Origin: an uncultured Clostridia bacterium
GTDB taxonomy: Bacteria; Bacillota; Clostridia; TANB77; CAG-508
Assembly: GCA_948739805.1 (NCBI GenBank)
Contig: CAPYID010000004.1
Coordinates: forward strand, 1,658-65,657
Direction: 5' to 3'
DNA: 64,000 bases
Shown here: piece by piece, positions 10,227-20,797 of the stretch
How positions within the stretch are numbered: the first letter of the stretch is position 1
Layout of the letters: the number at the start of each line of letters is the position of its first letter
Position numbers and translations under genes: made by a program
The notes under the pieces: model-generated
What the model saw: the letters and a program-made list of their open reading frames with translations, nothing else
Databases searched by the model: none
Told to the model about the DNA's origin: nothing

Positions 10227-11919
10227 CTAAATTGTCCTGCCTTTTTATTTTATTTGTTGTTGTTTTTATTAGTGGTTCTTCTGTTAATATTATTCCTTTT
10301 ATTGCTTTGTATTTTGGCATTGTTTTGTTTATTTCCTTTATCTTGCTTGCTAAAACATCATGTATTTCTTCATCTGCTTCTACTTTGTAAACATCTTTTA
10401 TTATTTCTCTATTAAATACTATTTTTACATTTATTTTTATGTCATTTTTATCTTCTGATTGCTTTTTACCGAATACAAATGATTCTTCTACACCTTCTAT
10501 TTTGTTTACTAGGTTTTCCATTTCTTCTGGGAATATATTTTTACCATTTTTTAGCACTATTACACTTTTCTTTCTTCCGCAAATGTATATATACCCTTCT
10601 TCATCTATTCTAGCTAAGTCCCCTGTATAGAACCATTCATCCTTTATAGCTTCATTTGTTGCTTTTTTATTGTTAAAATATCCTAACATAATGCTTGGTC
10701 CTCTTACAATAAGCTCTCCTATACCTTCATCATTTGCATTTACTATTTTTGCTTCAACACTTGGTACTGTTTTTCCTATTGAACCTGTTTTATAATATTT
10801 ATTTGTTCCTATTGCTACAACTGGAGAGGTTTCTGTTAGACCATATCCTTGTACTATATTTATTCCAAGTAGTCTATATTTTTCTTCTATTTTTGGGTCT
10901 AAAGCTGCTGCTCCACTTATGAATAATTTTACTTTTCCACCAATCATATTATGTATTTCTTTAAATACTTCTTTTCTTTGTTCCATAGAAGCATTTTTAT
11001 ATTTTTCTTCGTTCTCTAATATTTCTTCTAGCTTCCCTTGTCTTTCTATTTGCTTTTTAATATTCATAAAGATTCTTTCATATATTGCTGGAACACATGC
11101 CATTACTGTTACATTATATTCTTTTAAGTTTTCTACTACATGCCTTAATCCATCACAAAATACTGTTTGAGCTCCTTTATATAGCGAAAATAAAAATCCT
11201 ACTGTACATTCAAATACATGATGTATAGGTAATATTGAAAGTAGGACGTCTTCTGATGTAACATCTATAATGCTTCCAATATCCATTAAGTTTGAACATA
11301 TATTTTTATGAGATAATGCTACTACTTTTGATTTTGATGTTGTTCCAGATGTAAATAGCATTATACTCATTTCTTCTGCATTTATCTCCGCATTAATGAA
11401 TTCTCTGTTTCCTTTGTCTATAAGGTTTTTGCCTGTTTCTATTAGCTCTTTTTGTGAGTAAATTCCCTCTGAGTGTGAATTTAAATCCATTGCTATTAGA
11501 TGTTTAAGTTTACTTTTATGACTATATCTTATCCTTTTTATGCTTTCTTCATATTTTTTTGAGTAAAAAATAGCTTCTATTTCTGACCTTTCTATTAATT
11601 CTTTTAATTCATTTTCTGGCAATGATTTATCTAATGGCACAACTATCCCAGTTCCACAAACTATTGATAAATATGCAATTTCCCATTCATACCTGTTTTC
11701 CCCAATTACGGCTATTCTTTTTCCTTTTAATCCCAAGTTTATTAGAGAGGTTCCTAGAGCATCTATCATTTCTCTTATTTCATTGTGTGTAAAAATTTCA
11801 TATTTTCCATTTTCTATTTTTATTTTATAGGCTGGCTTTTCTCCATATAATTTTTTAGTTTTATTTAACATATCTTTTAAATCTGTTATTTCTAAATGGT
11901 CGTATATTCGCTTATCCAT
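10201..11919 (-). CDS. Long-chain acyl-CoA synthetase (AMP-forming)
   Basis: 572 aa. AMP-binding motif LFTSGTTSKSKVVALSH, YGLTETSP, and a C-terminal ANL domain. Confidence 0.8.
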   Translation of the reverse strand: MDKRIYDHLEITDLKDMLNKTKKLYGEKPAYKIKIENGKYEIFTHNEIREMIDALGTSLINLGLKGKRIAVIGENRYEWEIAYLSIVCGTGIVVPLDKSLPENELKELIERSEIEAIFYSKKYEESIKRIRYSHKSKLKHLIAMDLNSHSEGIYSQKELIETGKNLIDKGNREFINAEINAEEMSIMLFTSGTTSKSKVVALSHKNICSNLMDIGSIIDVTSEDVLLSILPIHHVFECTVGFLFSLYKGAQTVFCDGLRHVVENLKEYNVTVMACVPAIYERIFMNIKKQIERQGKLEEILENEEKYKNASMEQRKEVFKEIHNMIGGKVKLFISGAAALDPKIEEKYRLLGINIVQGYGLTETSPVVAIGTNKYYKTGSIGKTVPSVEAKIVNANDEGIGELIVRGPSIMLGYFNNKKATNEAIKDEWFYTGDLARIDEEGYIYICGRKKSVIVLKNGKNIFPEEMENLVNKIEGVEESFVFGKKQSEDKNDIKINVKIVFNREIIKDVYKVEADEEIHDVLASKIKEINKTMPKYKAIKGIILTEEPLIKTTTNKIKRQDNLDAIEKVKN

Positions 11920-11985
11920 TTTTTATATATTTCCCTCCGTTGTATTAAAGTTATTTTTCATTTATTGAGTTTAAGTTTTCATATA

Positions 11986-13719
11986 TTAAGTCGGAAAAGA
12001 ATTATTAATGATTCTTTTCATCTCTTCTTGACGTTTAATTTTTTTAGTTGTAGTCTTAATCAATTCCTCACTACTTAAAATCATATTTTGAATATGTTTA
12101 TATCTAGGAAAAGTAGTATTTAATTTTTTTATTTCATCCCAAATAATTTTAAATAATTCATTTTCGGATTTATCTTTATATTTTTCTTGTGCAACTTCTT
12201 TACTATATACAATTTTTACTGATAATTTTACATCATTTTTATCATTTTCATCTGGTAAACCAAAAACAAAACATTCTTCTACTAATTCTATTCTATTTAT
12301 TAAAGTTTCTAGTTCTTCTGGAAAAACTTTTTTTCCATTTTTTAGAACTATCATATTTTTATTTCTACCTGTTATAATCAAATATCCTTTTTCATCTATA
12401 TAGCCTAAATCTCCTGTATAGAACCACCCATCTTTTAATACACTTTCTGTCTCTTCTGGCATTTCATAATATCCTAACATTACATTTGGTCCTTTTACTC
12501 TTATTTCTCCTATACCGTTTTCATCTTTGTTTGCAATTTCCATAGTTACATTAATCATTGGTAATCCTACTGAACCATTTTTCATGTGTTTATTATCTTC
12601 TGCTGCTATTACTGGTGATGTCTCTGTTAGACCATAGCCTTGTACTGTTTTTATTCCTAAGTTATTAAATCCTTTTGATATTTCTGGGTCTGCTGGTGCA
12701 CCTCCAGATATAACAAATCTTAATTCTCCTCCTAATGCTTCTATTACTGGTTTGAATAATTTTCTTCTTATGTCAATATGGAATTTTAGTAAAAAATTAC
12801 TTATTTTCATTGCGTTTTTTATTAATTTTGTTTTTCCTTGTTTTTCTATTTCCTTCATTATTGTTTTATATATTGCTTCTACTAATAAAGGTACTCCAAT
12901 GAATAAAGTTACTTTATATTCATTTAAATTTTGCTTAATATATCTTAACCCATCTGGAAATACAGTTTTCACTCCTGTTGCTAACATCATTAACATTCCT
13001 GTTGAACCAAATATATGATGGAATGGCAAAAATGCAATATTTGTATCTGTTTCCCTAATATCTTCTACACATTGCATTGCATATATATTTGAAGCTACAT
13101 TTCTTTGGGATATCATTACTGCTTTTGATTTTGATGTTGTTCCTGATGTAAATAATAATATATTCATTGCATTTTCATCTATTTGCACATTTATATAGTC
13201 TTTTTTTCCTTCCTGTAATAATTTATCTCCATCATTTATAAGTTTTTTTACAGATTCGAAGCCTTCTATTTCTCCCATACATATGTATTCTTTTAAGCAT
13301 GTTTTATTTTTTTCTTTTATTTCTAGCATTTTCTCTGTTAGTTTTTCATCAAAAATTATACATTCTGCTTTACTTCTAATTAATGAGTTTTCAAGTTCAT
13401 CATATTGTAAATCTTTGTCTAATGGTACAGATACTATTCCCCCAAGTAAATTTGACAAATGTGCTAATGCCCATTCATATCTGTTTTTTCCAATAACAGC
13501 TATCCTTTTTCCTTTAAACCCTTTTTCATAAAGCATTGTTCCTAATTTATTTATGTCTTCTAATAATCCTTTATATGAAATGTTTTCATAAGTTACTTCT
13601 TTGTTTTCTTGATGTTTTATTACAAATGCTGTTTTTTCATTGTATTTCTTAGCTGATTCATAAATTATCTCTTTTACACTTTTAAATTCTTTGGCTTCAA
13701 ATAATTTTCTATGTTCCAT
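11986..13719 (-). CDS. Long-chain acyl-CoA synthetase (AMP-forming), tandem paralogue of the preceding gene
   Basis: 577 aa. LFTSGTTSKSKAVMISQ and YGLTETSP motifs. Same architecture as the neighbouring gene. Confidence 0.8.
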   Translation of the reverse strand: MEHRKLFEAKEFKSVKEIIYESAKKYNEKTAFVIKHQENKEVTYENISYKGLLEDINKLGTMLYEKGFKGKRIAVIGKNRYEWALAHLSNLLGGIVSVPLDKDLQYDELENSLIRSKAECIIFDEKLTEKMLEIKEKNKTCLKEYICMGEIEGFESVKKLINDGDKLLQEGKKDYINVQIDENAMNILLFTSGTTSKSKAVMISQRNVASNIYAMQCVEDIRETDTNIAFLPFHHIFGSTGMLMMLATGVKTVFPDGLRYIKQNLNEYKVTLFIGVPLLVEAIYKTIMKEIEKQGKTKLIKNAMKISNFLLKFHIDIRRKLFKPVIEALGGELRFVISGGAPADPEISKGFNNLGIKTVQGYGLTETSPVIAAEDNKHMKNGSVGLPMINVTMEIANKDENGIGEIRVKGPNVMLGYYEMPEETESVLKDGWFYTGDLGYIDEKGYLIITGRNKNMIVLKNGKKVFPEELETLINRIELVEECFVFGLPDENDKNDVKLSVKIVYSKEVAQEKYKDKSENELFKIIWDEIKKLNTTFPRYKHIQNMILSSEELIKTTTKKIKRQEEMKRIINNSFPT

Positions 13720-13798
13720 ATTAACCCCAAACTTTCTATTTATTCTATTTATATCATAAAAAGATAAAATTTGAATTAGACTGGGTAGTCAGTCTAAT

Positions 13799-15826
13799 CT
13801 ATCTTTTTACTAATATTTTATCCGAATAACTTTTTTCTTTTACTATTCCACAAATTAGGTCTGCTGTTTTCTCTACTCCTAGAGTTTCACTATTTATTGA
13901 TATATCATAGTTTTCGTTATTACTCCATTCTTTTTCTGTATAGTGTTTATAATGGTTTGCTCTTAGTTTATTTACTTTTTGTATTTCTTTTTTTGCATTT
14001 TCAATTCCATAAATCTCTTTAACTCTTTTTATTTTATCTTTCATATCACTATATATAAATACTTTTATTACATCTTCTCTATCTTTTAATATGAAATCTG
14101 CACATCTACCTATAATTACACAAGATTCCTTTTCTGCAATTTGTTTTATTACTTCTGATTCTTTTATAAATAGTTCGTCTGAATAGTTTAATCCAAAGTA
14201 ATATCCATTGTTTAAATTTTCTAGTATTTCTCTTTTCTGTTCATGATTTTCTATATATTCTTCTGATAATCCAGTTTCTTCTGCTACTTTTTTTATGAAT
14301 TCTTTATCATATAATTTTATTCCTAGTTTGTCTGCAATTAATCTTCCTATATATCTTCCACCAGAGCCATATTCTCTTGATATTGTTATTACAATATGTT
14401 CTTCTAATTTTTTATCTGTACTTGTATCATCTTCTAGTGCATTACTTTTTGATGTTTCTTTACTTAAATTTTTTACCTCTAAAGCTATCAATACTACTGC
14501 AAGCACAAATGCTATTCCATCTGCTACAGGTCCTGAATATAGAACTCCCATAATTCCAAACATACTACTTAATATTATCATTGATGGTATTAAAAATGCA
14601 ATTTGTCTTGATAATGATAAAATTACACTTTTTACACTTTTTCCTATTGCTTGGAAGAATATTCCTGCTGGTATTTGTATTCCATTACAAATACATAGTA
14701 GTAAATATGTTCTAAATGATAAACATGCAAAGTCCATGTATAGTTCATCACCACTACCAAATATGGCAATTAATTTATCTGGTATTGCTTGGAACAGTAT
14801 AAATGCAATAGTACTTATTATTACACTTAATCCTAATACTAATTTTAATGTTTGTTTTACTCTATCAAATTTTCTTGCTCCATAATTGTATCCAAATATT
14901 GGTTGTGAACCTGCTGCAATTCCAATTATTATACTATTTAATATTTGACTTATTTTCATAACAATGCCTAAAACTGTTATTGGTATTTCTGAACCATATT
15001 TTGATTGTGCTCCATATTTTGCAAGTAAATTGTTTTCAAATGCCATAACAACTACAAAACTCATTTGTGTTACAAAACTACTTATTCCTAATGTTGATAT
15101 TCTTTTTAATACATTAAATTTAACTTTGAATGTTTCTTTTGTTAATGTTACTGATTTGAATTTTTTTATGTACATAATATTTAGTGCAAATGTTATGAAT
15201 TGACTTAATGCTGTTGCTATTGCTGCCCCTTCTATCCCCATTTTAAATGCAAATATGAAAATTGGGTCTAGTATAATGTTTATAACTGCACCTAGTACCA
15301 TAGATGTCATTGCATATTTAGGGTCTCCATCTGCTCTTATTATTGAGTTTAGTGTAGTTCCTATCATCATAAATGGTAACCCTATTGCTATTATTCTTCC
15401 ATATCCAATAGCATAGTCTCTTAATGCATCTGTACATCCAAACATATTTAATAATGGTGATAAAAATATTAATGTAAATAAGCAAAATATAATTGCTATT
15501 ATTATAGATGATGTAATTGCATTTCCTACACCTTTTCCTGCTTCGTCTTTTTTCTTTTCTCCCAATTTTAGACTTAAATAAGCTGATGCACCATCTCCAA
15601 TCATTAGAGAAAATGCTAAACATATCATTGTTAATGGGAATACTACATTTGTTGCTCCATTTGCTAAATAATCTACTCCCCAACCAATAAATATTTGGTC
15701 TACAATATTGTATAATGCATTTACTAATAGTGATATTATACAAGGGATTGAGAATTTTATAATTAATTTTTGTATTTTTTCACTTCCTAATATATTTTCT
15801 TCTTTTTCCAATTTTGTTTCCTCCAT
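13799..15826 (-). CDS. MATE-family efflux transporter fused to a C-terminal cytidylate-kinase-like (P-loop) domain
   Basis: 675 aa. About 450 aa of polytopic membrane protein with MATE-like repeats, then a soluble domain starting HIVITISREYGSGGRYIGRLIADKLG (a cytidylate_kin2-like P-loop). Confidence 0.7.
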   Translation of the reverse strand: MEETKLEKEENILGSEKIQKLIIKFSIPCIISLLVNALYNIVDQIFIGWGVDYLANGATNVVFPLTMICLAFSLMIGDGASAYLSLKLGEKKKDEAGKGVGNAITSSIIIAIIFCLFTLIFLSPLLNMFGCTDALRDYAIGYGRIIAIGLPFMMIGTTLNSIIRADGDPKYAMTSMVLGAVINIILDPIFIFAFKMGIEGAAIATALSQFITFALNIMYIKKFKSVTLTKETFKVKFNVLKRISTLGISSFVTQMSFVVVMAFENNLLAKYGAQSKYGSEIPITVLGIVMKISQILNSIIIGIAAGSQPIFGYNYGARKFDRVKQTLKLVLGLSVIISTIAFILFQAIPDKLIAIFGSGDELYMDFACLSFRTYLLLCICNGIQIPAGIFFQAIGKSVKSVILSLSRQIAFLIPSMIILSSMFGIMGVLYSGPVADGIAFVLAVVLIALEVKNLSKETSKSNALEDDTSTDKKLEEHIVITISREYGSGGRYIGRLIADKLGIKLYDKEFIKKVAEETGLSEEYIENHEQKREILENLNNGYYFGLNYSDELFIKESEVIKQIAEKESCVIIGRCADFILKDREDVIKVFIYSDMKDKIKRVKEIYGIENAKKEIQKVNKLRANHYKHYTEKEWSNNENYDISINSETLGVEKTADLICGIVKEKSYSDKILVKR

Positions 15827-15833
15827 TTTTTTA

Positions 15834-16967
15834 TTATTGTTGTTTTACTTTTCTTCCTAATCTGTCTCCTAGTCTACATAATAGTTCATTTGTAATTGTT
15901 TCTGCTTTGTTTGCAATTGTTTCTGCTGATATTTCTTTTTGCTCTCCTATTAGAGTAACTATATCCCCTTGATGAATTCCCTCTATTTTTGATACGTCTA
16001 TTATTAATTGATCCATACATATTCTTCCTATTATTTCTGCATATTCCCCATTTACCATTACTTTTACATTTTTGTTGCTTAAATTTCTAGGGAAGCCATC
16101 TGCATATCCTATTGAAACTGTAGCAATTTTTTTGTTAGTATTTGCTATAAATGTTCTTCCATAACTTACACTTTCTTGTTCTTCAATTTCTTTAATACTT
16201 GTTATTCTTGCTTTTAATGTTAGAACTGGTTTTAAGTTAAGTTTTATCTTTGGTTCATCTTCATTATAAATTCCATACATGATAATTCCTGGGCGCACAA
16301 AATCACAGTTTACATTCGTATAGTTTAATATTCCATAACTTGCTTGTATATGTATCTTTCCTGTATCATATCCTAAACTTTTTATTTTATCTATACATTT
16401 AAAGAAATTATTAATTTGCATATTTGTGAATTCTATATCATCTTTTTTTGTGCTATCTGATACACATAGATGACTAAATGTTCCTAATATTTCAGTGTTT
16501 TTCATTTTATATATATTTATTAGATTTTCTATATTTTTATAACTTTCTCCTATTCGGTTCATTCCTGTGTTTATTTTTATATGTACTTTTAATTTTTTTT
16601 CTAATTTCATTTGCTCTATCTTTTTTGCGTATTCATAGTCTACTATTGTTTGGATTAAGTCATATTTAATTATATTTTCTATTTCGTTTATGTCTGTATA
16701 ACCTAATATCAATATATTCCCTGTTATGTTATTTTTTCTTAATTTAATTCCTTCTGATAGTGTTGCCACTGCGAAATCCTCTATTCCTATTTCGTCTAGC
16801 TTTTTGGCTACTTCTATCATTCCATGCCCATATGCATTTGCTTTTACTATTGCCATTATTTTACATGTTTCTGGTATTACGCTTTTTATTTCTTTTATAT
16901 TGTTTTCTAAGTTTTCTAAATTTATTTCTATCCATGCTCTATCTCGCTTTGCAAGTTCTTCTTCCAT
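15834..16967 (-). CDS. alr: Alanine racemase
   Basis: 377 aa. PLP-lysine motif AIVKANAYGHG. No membrane domain, so it is not VanT-like. Confidence 0.85.
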   Translation of the reverse strand: MEEELAKRDRAWIEINLENLENNIKEIKSVIPETCKIMAIVKANAYGHGMIEVAKKLDEIGIEDFAVATLSEGIKLRKNNITGNILILGYTDINEIENIIKYDLIQTIVDYEYAKKIEQMKLEKKLKVHIKINTGMNRIGESYKNIENLINIYKMKNTEILGTFSHLCVSDSTKKDDIEFTNMQINNFFKCIDKIKSLGYDTGKIHIQASYGILNYTNVNCDFVRPGIIMYGIYNEDEPKIKLNLKPVLTLKARITSIKEIEEQESVSYGRTFIANTNKKIATVSIGYADGFPRNLSNKNVKVMVNGEYAEIIGRICMDQLIIDVSKIEGIHQGDIVTLIGEQKEISAETIANKAETITNELLCRLGDRLGRKVKQQ

Positions 16968-17039
16968 TTTTCTTACCTTCTTTTATTTTATATCTCTCTT
17001 GTCAAAGCACAGTGCACTGTGCCAATACATCGCTAATTT

Positions 17040-18086
17040 CTAGCTTCTAATTTCTAATTCAATTAATTTATCCAATAATTGTTCAAAGTTTATTCCTACT
17101 TGTTTCATCATACTAGGATATCTACTATGTGATGTAAATCCTGGTATAGTATTGATTTCGTTGAAATATATTTCTCCTTTTGGTGTTAAAAACATGTCTA
17201 CTCTTGCAAAGTCTTTACATTTTAATATTTTATATATTTTTTTTGCAGTTTCTTTTGCTTCGTCTGAAATACTTTTTTCTATTCTCGCTGGTACATGTAT
17301 TTTTGATGTTTTTAGTGTGTATTTTTCTGTGTAGTTGAAAAATCCTTTGCTTAATTCTATTTCGTCTATTTCCCCTACTGTTAATTCTTCATTTCCTAAT
17401 ATTGCACATCCTATTTCTATTCCTTCTATGTTCTCTTCTATTATTATTTCTGTGTCATATTTTAGTGCTTCTTTTATTGCTCCTTCTATTTCATTTTCGC
17501 TTTCTACTTTTGTTATTCCAAATGAAGAACCTGCTCTCATTGGTTTTACAAATAGCGGATATTTCAATTGTTTTAGCTTCTCTTCTATTTCTTTTTGCTT
17601 TGCTTTATCGTTTATAACTATACTTTTCGCTACTTTTATTCCATAACTTTCTACTAGTTTATGTGATAAGTGTTTGTCCATGCATAGACTAGATGAAAGT
17701 ATATCACATCCTATTAGTGGTATTCCTGATAGTGCAATAAGTCCTTGTACTGTTCCGTCTTCTCCATTTGAACCATGTAGCACTGGGAATATTGCGTCTA
17801 ATTTTATTAATCTATTATTGTTTTCTGTTTCTATTATTCCTTTATCTTCTGGATTTGTTGAGATAATAGCTTTTGTACATTTCCCTTCTTTTTCCCATAC
17901 ATTATTTTTTATTTTTTCTATTTCTCCCTCATATTTATACCAGTTTCCTTGTTTTGTTATTCCTATTAATGCTATATCGTATTTTTCTTTGTTTATGTTT
18001 GTTATTACACTGTATGCTGATTCTAATGATACATCATATTCTGGGCTTTTTCCTCCAAATATTATTCCTATTTTCTTTTTTTCCAT
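17040..18086 (-). CDS. ddl: D-alanine--D-alanine ligase
   Basis: 348 aa ATP-grasp protein. The N-terminus IGIIFGGKSPEYDVSLESA is typical of Ddl. Confidence 0.85.
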   Translation of the reverse strand: MEKKKIGIIFGGKSPEYDVSLESAYSVITNINKEKYDIALIGITKQGNWYKYEGEIEKIKNNVWEKEGKCTKAIISTNPEDKGIIETENNNRLIKLDAIFPVLHGSNGEDGTVQGLIALSGIPLIGCDILSSSLCMDKHLSHKLVESYGIKVAKSIVINDKAKQKEIEEKLKQLKYPLFVKPMRAGSSFGITKVESENEIEGAIKEALKYDTEIIIEENIEGIEIGCAILGNEELTVGEIDEIELSKGFFNYTEKYTLKTSKIHVPARIEKSISDEAKETAKKIYKILKCKDFARVDMFLTPKGEIYFNEINTIPGFTSHSRYPSMMKQVGINFEQLLDKLIELEIRS

Positions 18087-18181
18087 TTTCTGTTCATTCC
18101 TTTCTACGTTTTTGGTCTTATTATATAATTCTTGCTTATTGTAAGTATGTTACAAACGGTATACCTACAATAGTGTTACTA

Positions 18182-19411
18182 CTAATTCAAATACATAATG
18201 TCTACATCTACATTTGTATTTATTCCGTCTATTCTGGCAGTATCACACATTTGCCATATTGAATATTTTCCTTGGTAGTTAGTTTGGCTTGTGTAATGTG
18301 CTAACCATGTGTCATGTTTTGTTGGGTTCCATATTTTTTCTAAGTAGTTTTTACTGCTGTATAATAGTCCTTTGTATCCATTTTCTACTAGTGTGTCTAA
18401 AAATACATTTGCTGCTTTGTTTATTGTATAAAAACTCATTCCTGCTTTATTAAATGAGTTCCAACTTTCCCAGTCAAAGGCTATTGGTAATTCTATTTCA
18501 TATTGTTTTATTTGCTCTTTTACCCATTCTGCTTGTTCTTTTGCTTGTTTTATGTTTTTTGCATATGAGTAATAATATATCCCTACTGGTAATTCTACTC
18601 TTTTTGCTCCTTCTATATTTGCTATAAAATATGGATCTATTACGTTTTCTCCATCATAGTCTGTTTGATAGCCCATCCTTATTATTACAAATTCTGCTCC
18701 TGCATTTTTTACTTTTTCCCAGTCTATTTCTCCTTGCCATTTTGATACATCTATTCCTATTTTTGTTTTTTCGTTCTTGTAATTGTCTAAAATGTCGTTA
18801 AAGTAAATAGGCTCTTTTGGTGTTGGTGGTTGCGTTGGAGTTGTAGTTTGTTCTTCTATTACATGTAGTGTAAAGTCTTTTTTGGCTTGATTTCCACTTG
18901 AATCTGTTACAACATATGTTAATTTATAGTCTCCTACAGTGTTAAAGTCATATTCTCCTACAATTTCTCTTTTAGGATTATCGTCTATATCGTCTCCACT
19001 TATTAATACTTCTGTTAAGTTTTTATTAGAGCCTTTTTTTACTGTATATGATGCTCCACTAAATATTTTTGGTTCTGTTACATCTGTTGTTTTTATATTA
19101 AATGTGGCTGTTCTCTTTTTATTTTTTATGTTTATAAAATCAAATGATACTTGTATATCTCCTAATTTTTCTGTGTCTATTTTATAATCATTAATTAGTT
19201 CACCATTAAGATTTTCTAGGAAGTCTGATACTTTTGCTTCCTTTCCAAATTCTATTGTTAGGTTTTCTTTTAATGTTACTGCTTCTGCATCTATTCTTTT
19301 GTTTTCTTGTTCTTCATTATACATCCATATACAGAACCCTGTTATGCCAATTATGACTATTATTATTAAAATTATTATAATAGTTGATACTTTTTTCATA
19401 CTTAATTTCAT
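18182..19411 (-). CDS. Membrane-anchored GH25 muramidase (lysozyme) with an Ig-like domain
   Basis: 409 aa. N-terminal TM helix, a Big-like beta domain, and a C-terminal GH25 domain (GIDVSKWQGEIDWEKVKNAGAEFVIIRMGY). Confidence 0.75.
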   Translation of the reverse strand: MKLSMKKVSTIIIILIIIVIIGITGFCIWMYNEEQENKRIDAEAVTLKENLTIEFGKEAKVSDFLENLNGELINDYKIDTEKLGDIQVSFDFINIKNKKRTATFNIKTTDVTEPKIFSGASYTVKKGSNKNLTEVLISGDDIDDNPKREIVGEYDFNTVGDYKLTYVVTDSSGNQAKKDFTLHVIEEQTTTPTQPPTPKEPIYFNDILDNYKNEKTKIGIDVSKWQGEIDWEKVKNAGAEFVIIRMGYQTDYDGENVIDPYFIANIEGAKRVELPVGIYYYSYAKNIKQAKEQAEWVKEQIKQYEIELPIAFDWESWNSFNKAGMSFYTINKAANVFLDTLVENGYKGLLYSSKNYLEKIWNPTKHDTWLAHYTSQTNYQGKYSIWQMCDTARIDGINTNVDVDIMYLN

Positions 19412-19507
19412 TCCTTTCTAAGTCACAAACCTAAGTTGAAAAAGGAATTATTTGCCAATTATTTTTTCATCCTTCTTTAACTTTTTTACTGACTCTATAT
19501 AATTATA

Positions 19508-20473
19508 TTATTGTAATGCATTCTTTAATACCTCTAAGTTTCTATTCATTAATGTTACATATGTTTCTCCATTTTTATAGTCCTCATTCGATATTGAGTG
19601 TAATGTTTGCATTTGCATTGCTTTTGCTCCTGTTTCTTTTGAAATTATGTTTGCAACTTTTGAGTTTCCATTTTCTATGTATAATACTACTGGTATGTTT
19701 TCTTCTTTTATTAGATTAATTAAATATGTTAAAGTTTTTGTACTAGGTTCGGTTTCTGTACTACAGCCATTAAATGCTCCACTGGCTTTTAGTCCAAATT
19801 CTTCTAAAAAGTATCTTATTGGCATTCTGTCTCCAAATACTAGCCTTTTCCTTTTAGCATTTTCTACTATCTCCCATATATCTTCATCTAGTTTTTCTAT
19901 TTGCTTTTTGTAATTATTAACATTTTTTCTAAATATATCTTTTTCTTCATTATCAATTTCTTCTAATGCTAATTCTAAACTCTCTAACATTTTTAGGGCA
20001 TTTTTAGGCGATGTCCAAACATGTTCATCCCATGCTAATTCTTGATGTTCCTCATGTTCTTCTGCCCCATCTATATGTTCTTCTTTATATAATTCTACTG
20101 TATCCATTAGTTTTATTAATTTTGTATTTGATAAGTCCATTGTAGGTATAACTTGTTCTGTCCAGTTCTCCATTTCTCCACCATTATATACAAATAAGGC
20201 TGATTGTTGTATTGCTATTATTTGACTGGCTGTTGGTTCAAAGTTATGTGCGTCTACTCCTGAGTCTAATAAATATGTTATTTCTATATTGTTACTGCCT
20301 TTTGTTACTGCTTTTACAAAGTCATATCCCACAAAGGAAGTACAAACAACACTTATCTTATCTGTTGATTTCGTCTTAGAATTATTAGGTTTTATAAGAG
20401 CATAGATAAAAATAGCTACAATTATTACTAGAATAATTATACTTATTATTTTATTTAATTTTATTACTTTCAT
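19508..20473 (-). CDS. Orphan metal (zinc-type) ABC-transporter substrate-binding protein, ZnuA/AdcA family
   Basis: 321 aa cluster-9 SBP fold with an acidic/His-rich loop DGAEEHEEHQE. No permease or ATPase genes are adjacent. Confidence 0.7.
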   Translation of the reverse strand: MKVIKLNKIISIIILVIIVAIFIYALIKPNNSKTKSTDKISVVCTSFVGYDFVKAVTKGSNNIEITYLLDSGVDAHNFEPTASQIIAIQQSALFVYNGGEMENWTEQVIPTMDLSNTKLIKLMDTVELYKEEHIDGAEEHEEHQELAWDEHVWTSPKNALKMLESLELALEEIDNEEKDIFRKNVNNYKKQIEKLDEDIWEIVENAKRKRLVFGDRMPIRYFLEEFGLKASGAFNGCSTETEPSTKTLTYLINLIKEENIPVVLYIENGNSKVANIISKETGAKAMQMQTLHSISNEDYKNGETYVTLMNRNLEVLKNALQ

Positions 20474-20797
20474 ATTCTTAGCACCTTTTCTTTGTTTGCT
20501 ATTATATCACTTATTATTTTTTTTTTCTACCCTATTTTTGTGATTTTTTATAATTAGAGTTACTAGATAAATGTGCTAAGAATATAGATATATAAATATT
20601 TACGCAGTATCGAATTTGACTGGAATATATTTAAAAATTCTTTTGAAATATTATGAGGATTGTTCACGTCGAATGAAATGAGGACTAAGTGAAAGAGGCT
20701 CATAATATTTTATTAGAATTTGTTATATATGTAAGGCAACTGAGATATTAGTAAATATTTATATATCTATATTCTATAACTAATTAGTTATAGAAGA

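Noticed and set aside
15834-18086. The alr-ddl pair as a possible vanG-type glycopeptide-resistance module
   Set aside because: The racemase lacks the VanT membrane domain. There is no vanR/S, vanXY or other resistance gene. The Ddl has ordinary Ddl features.
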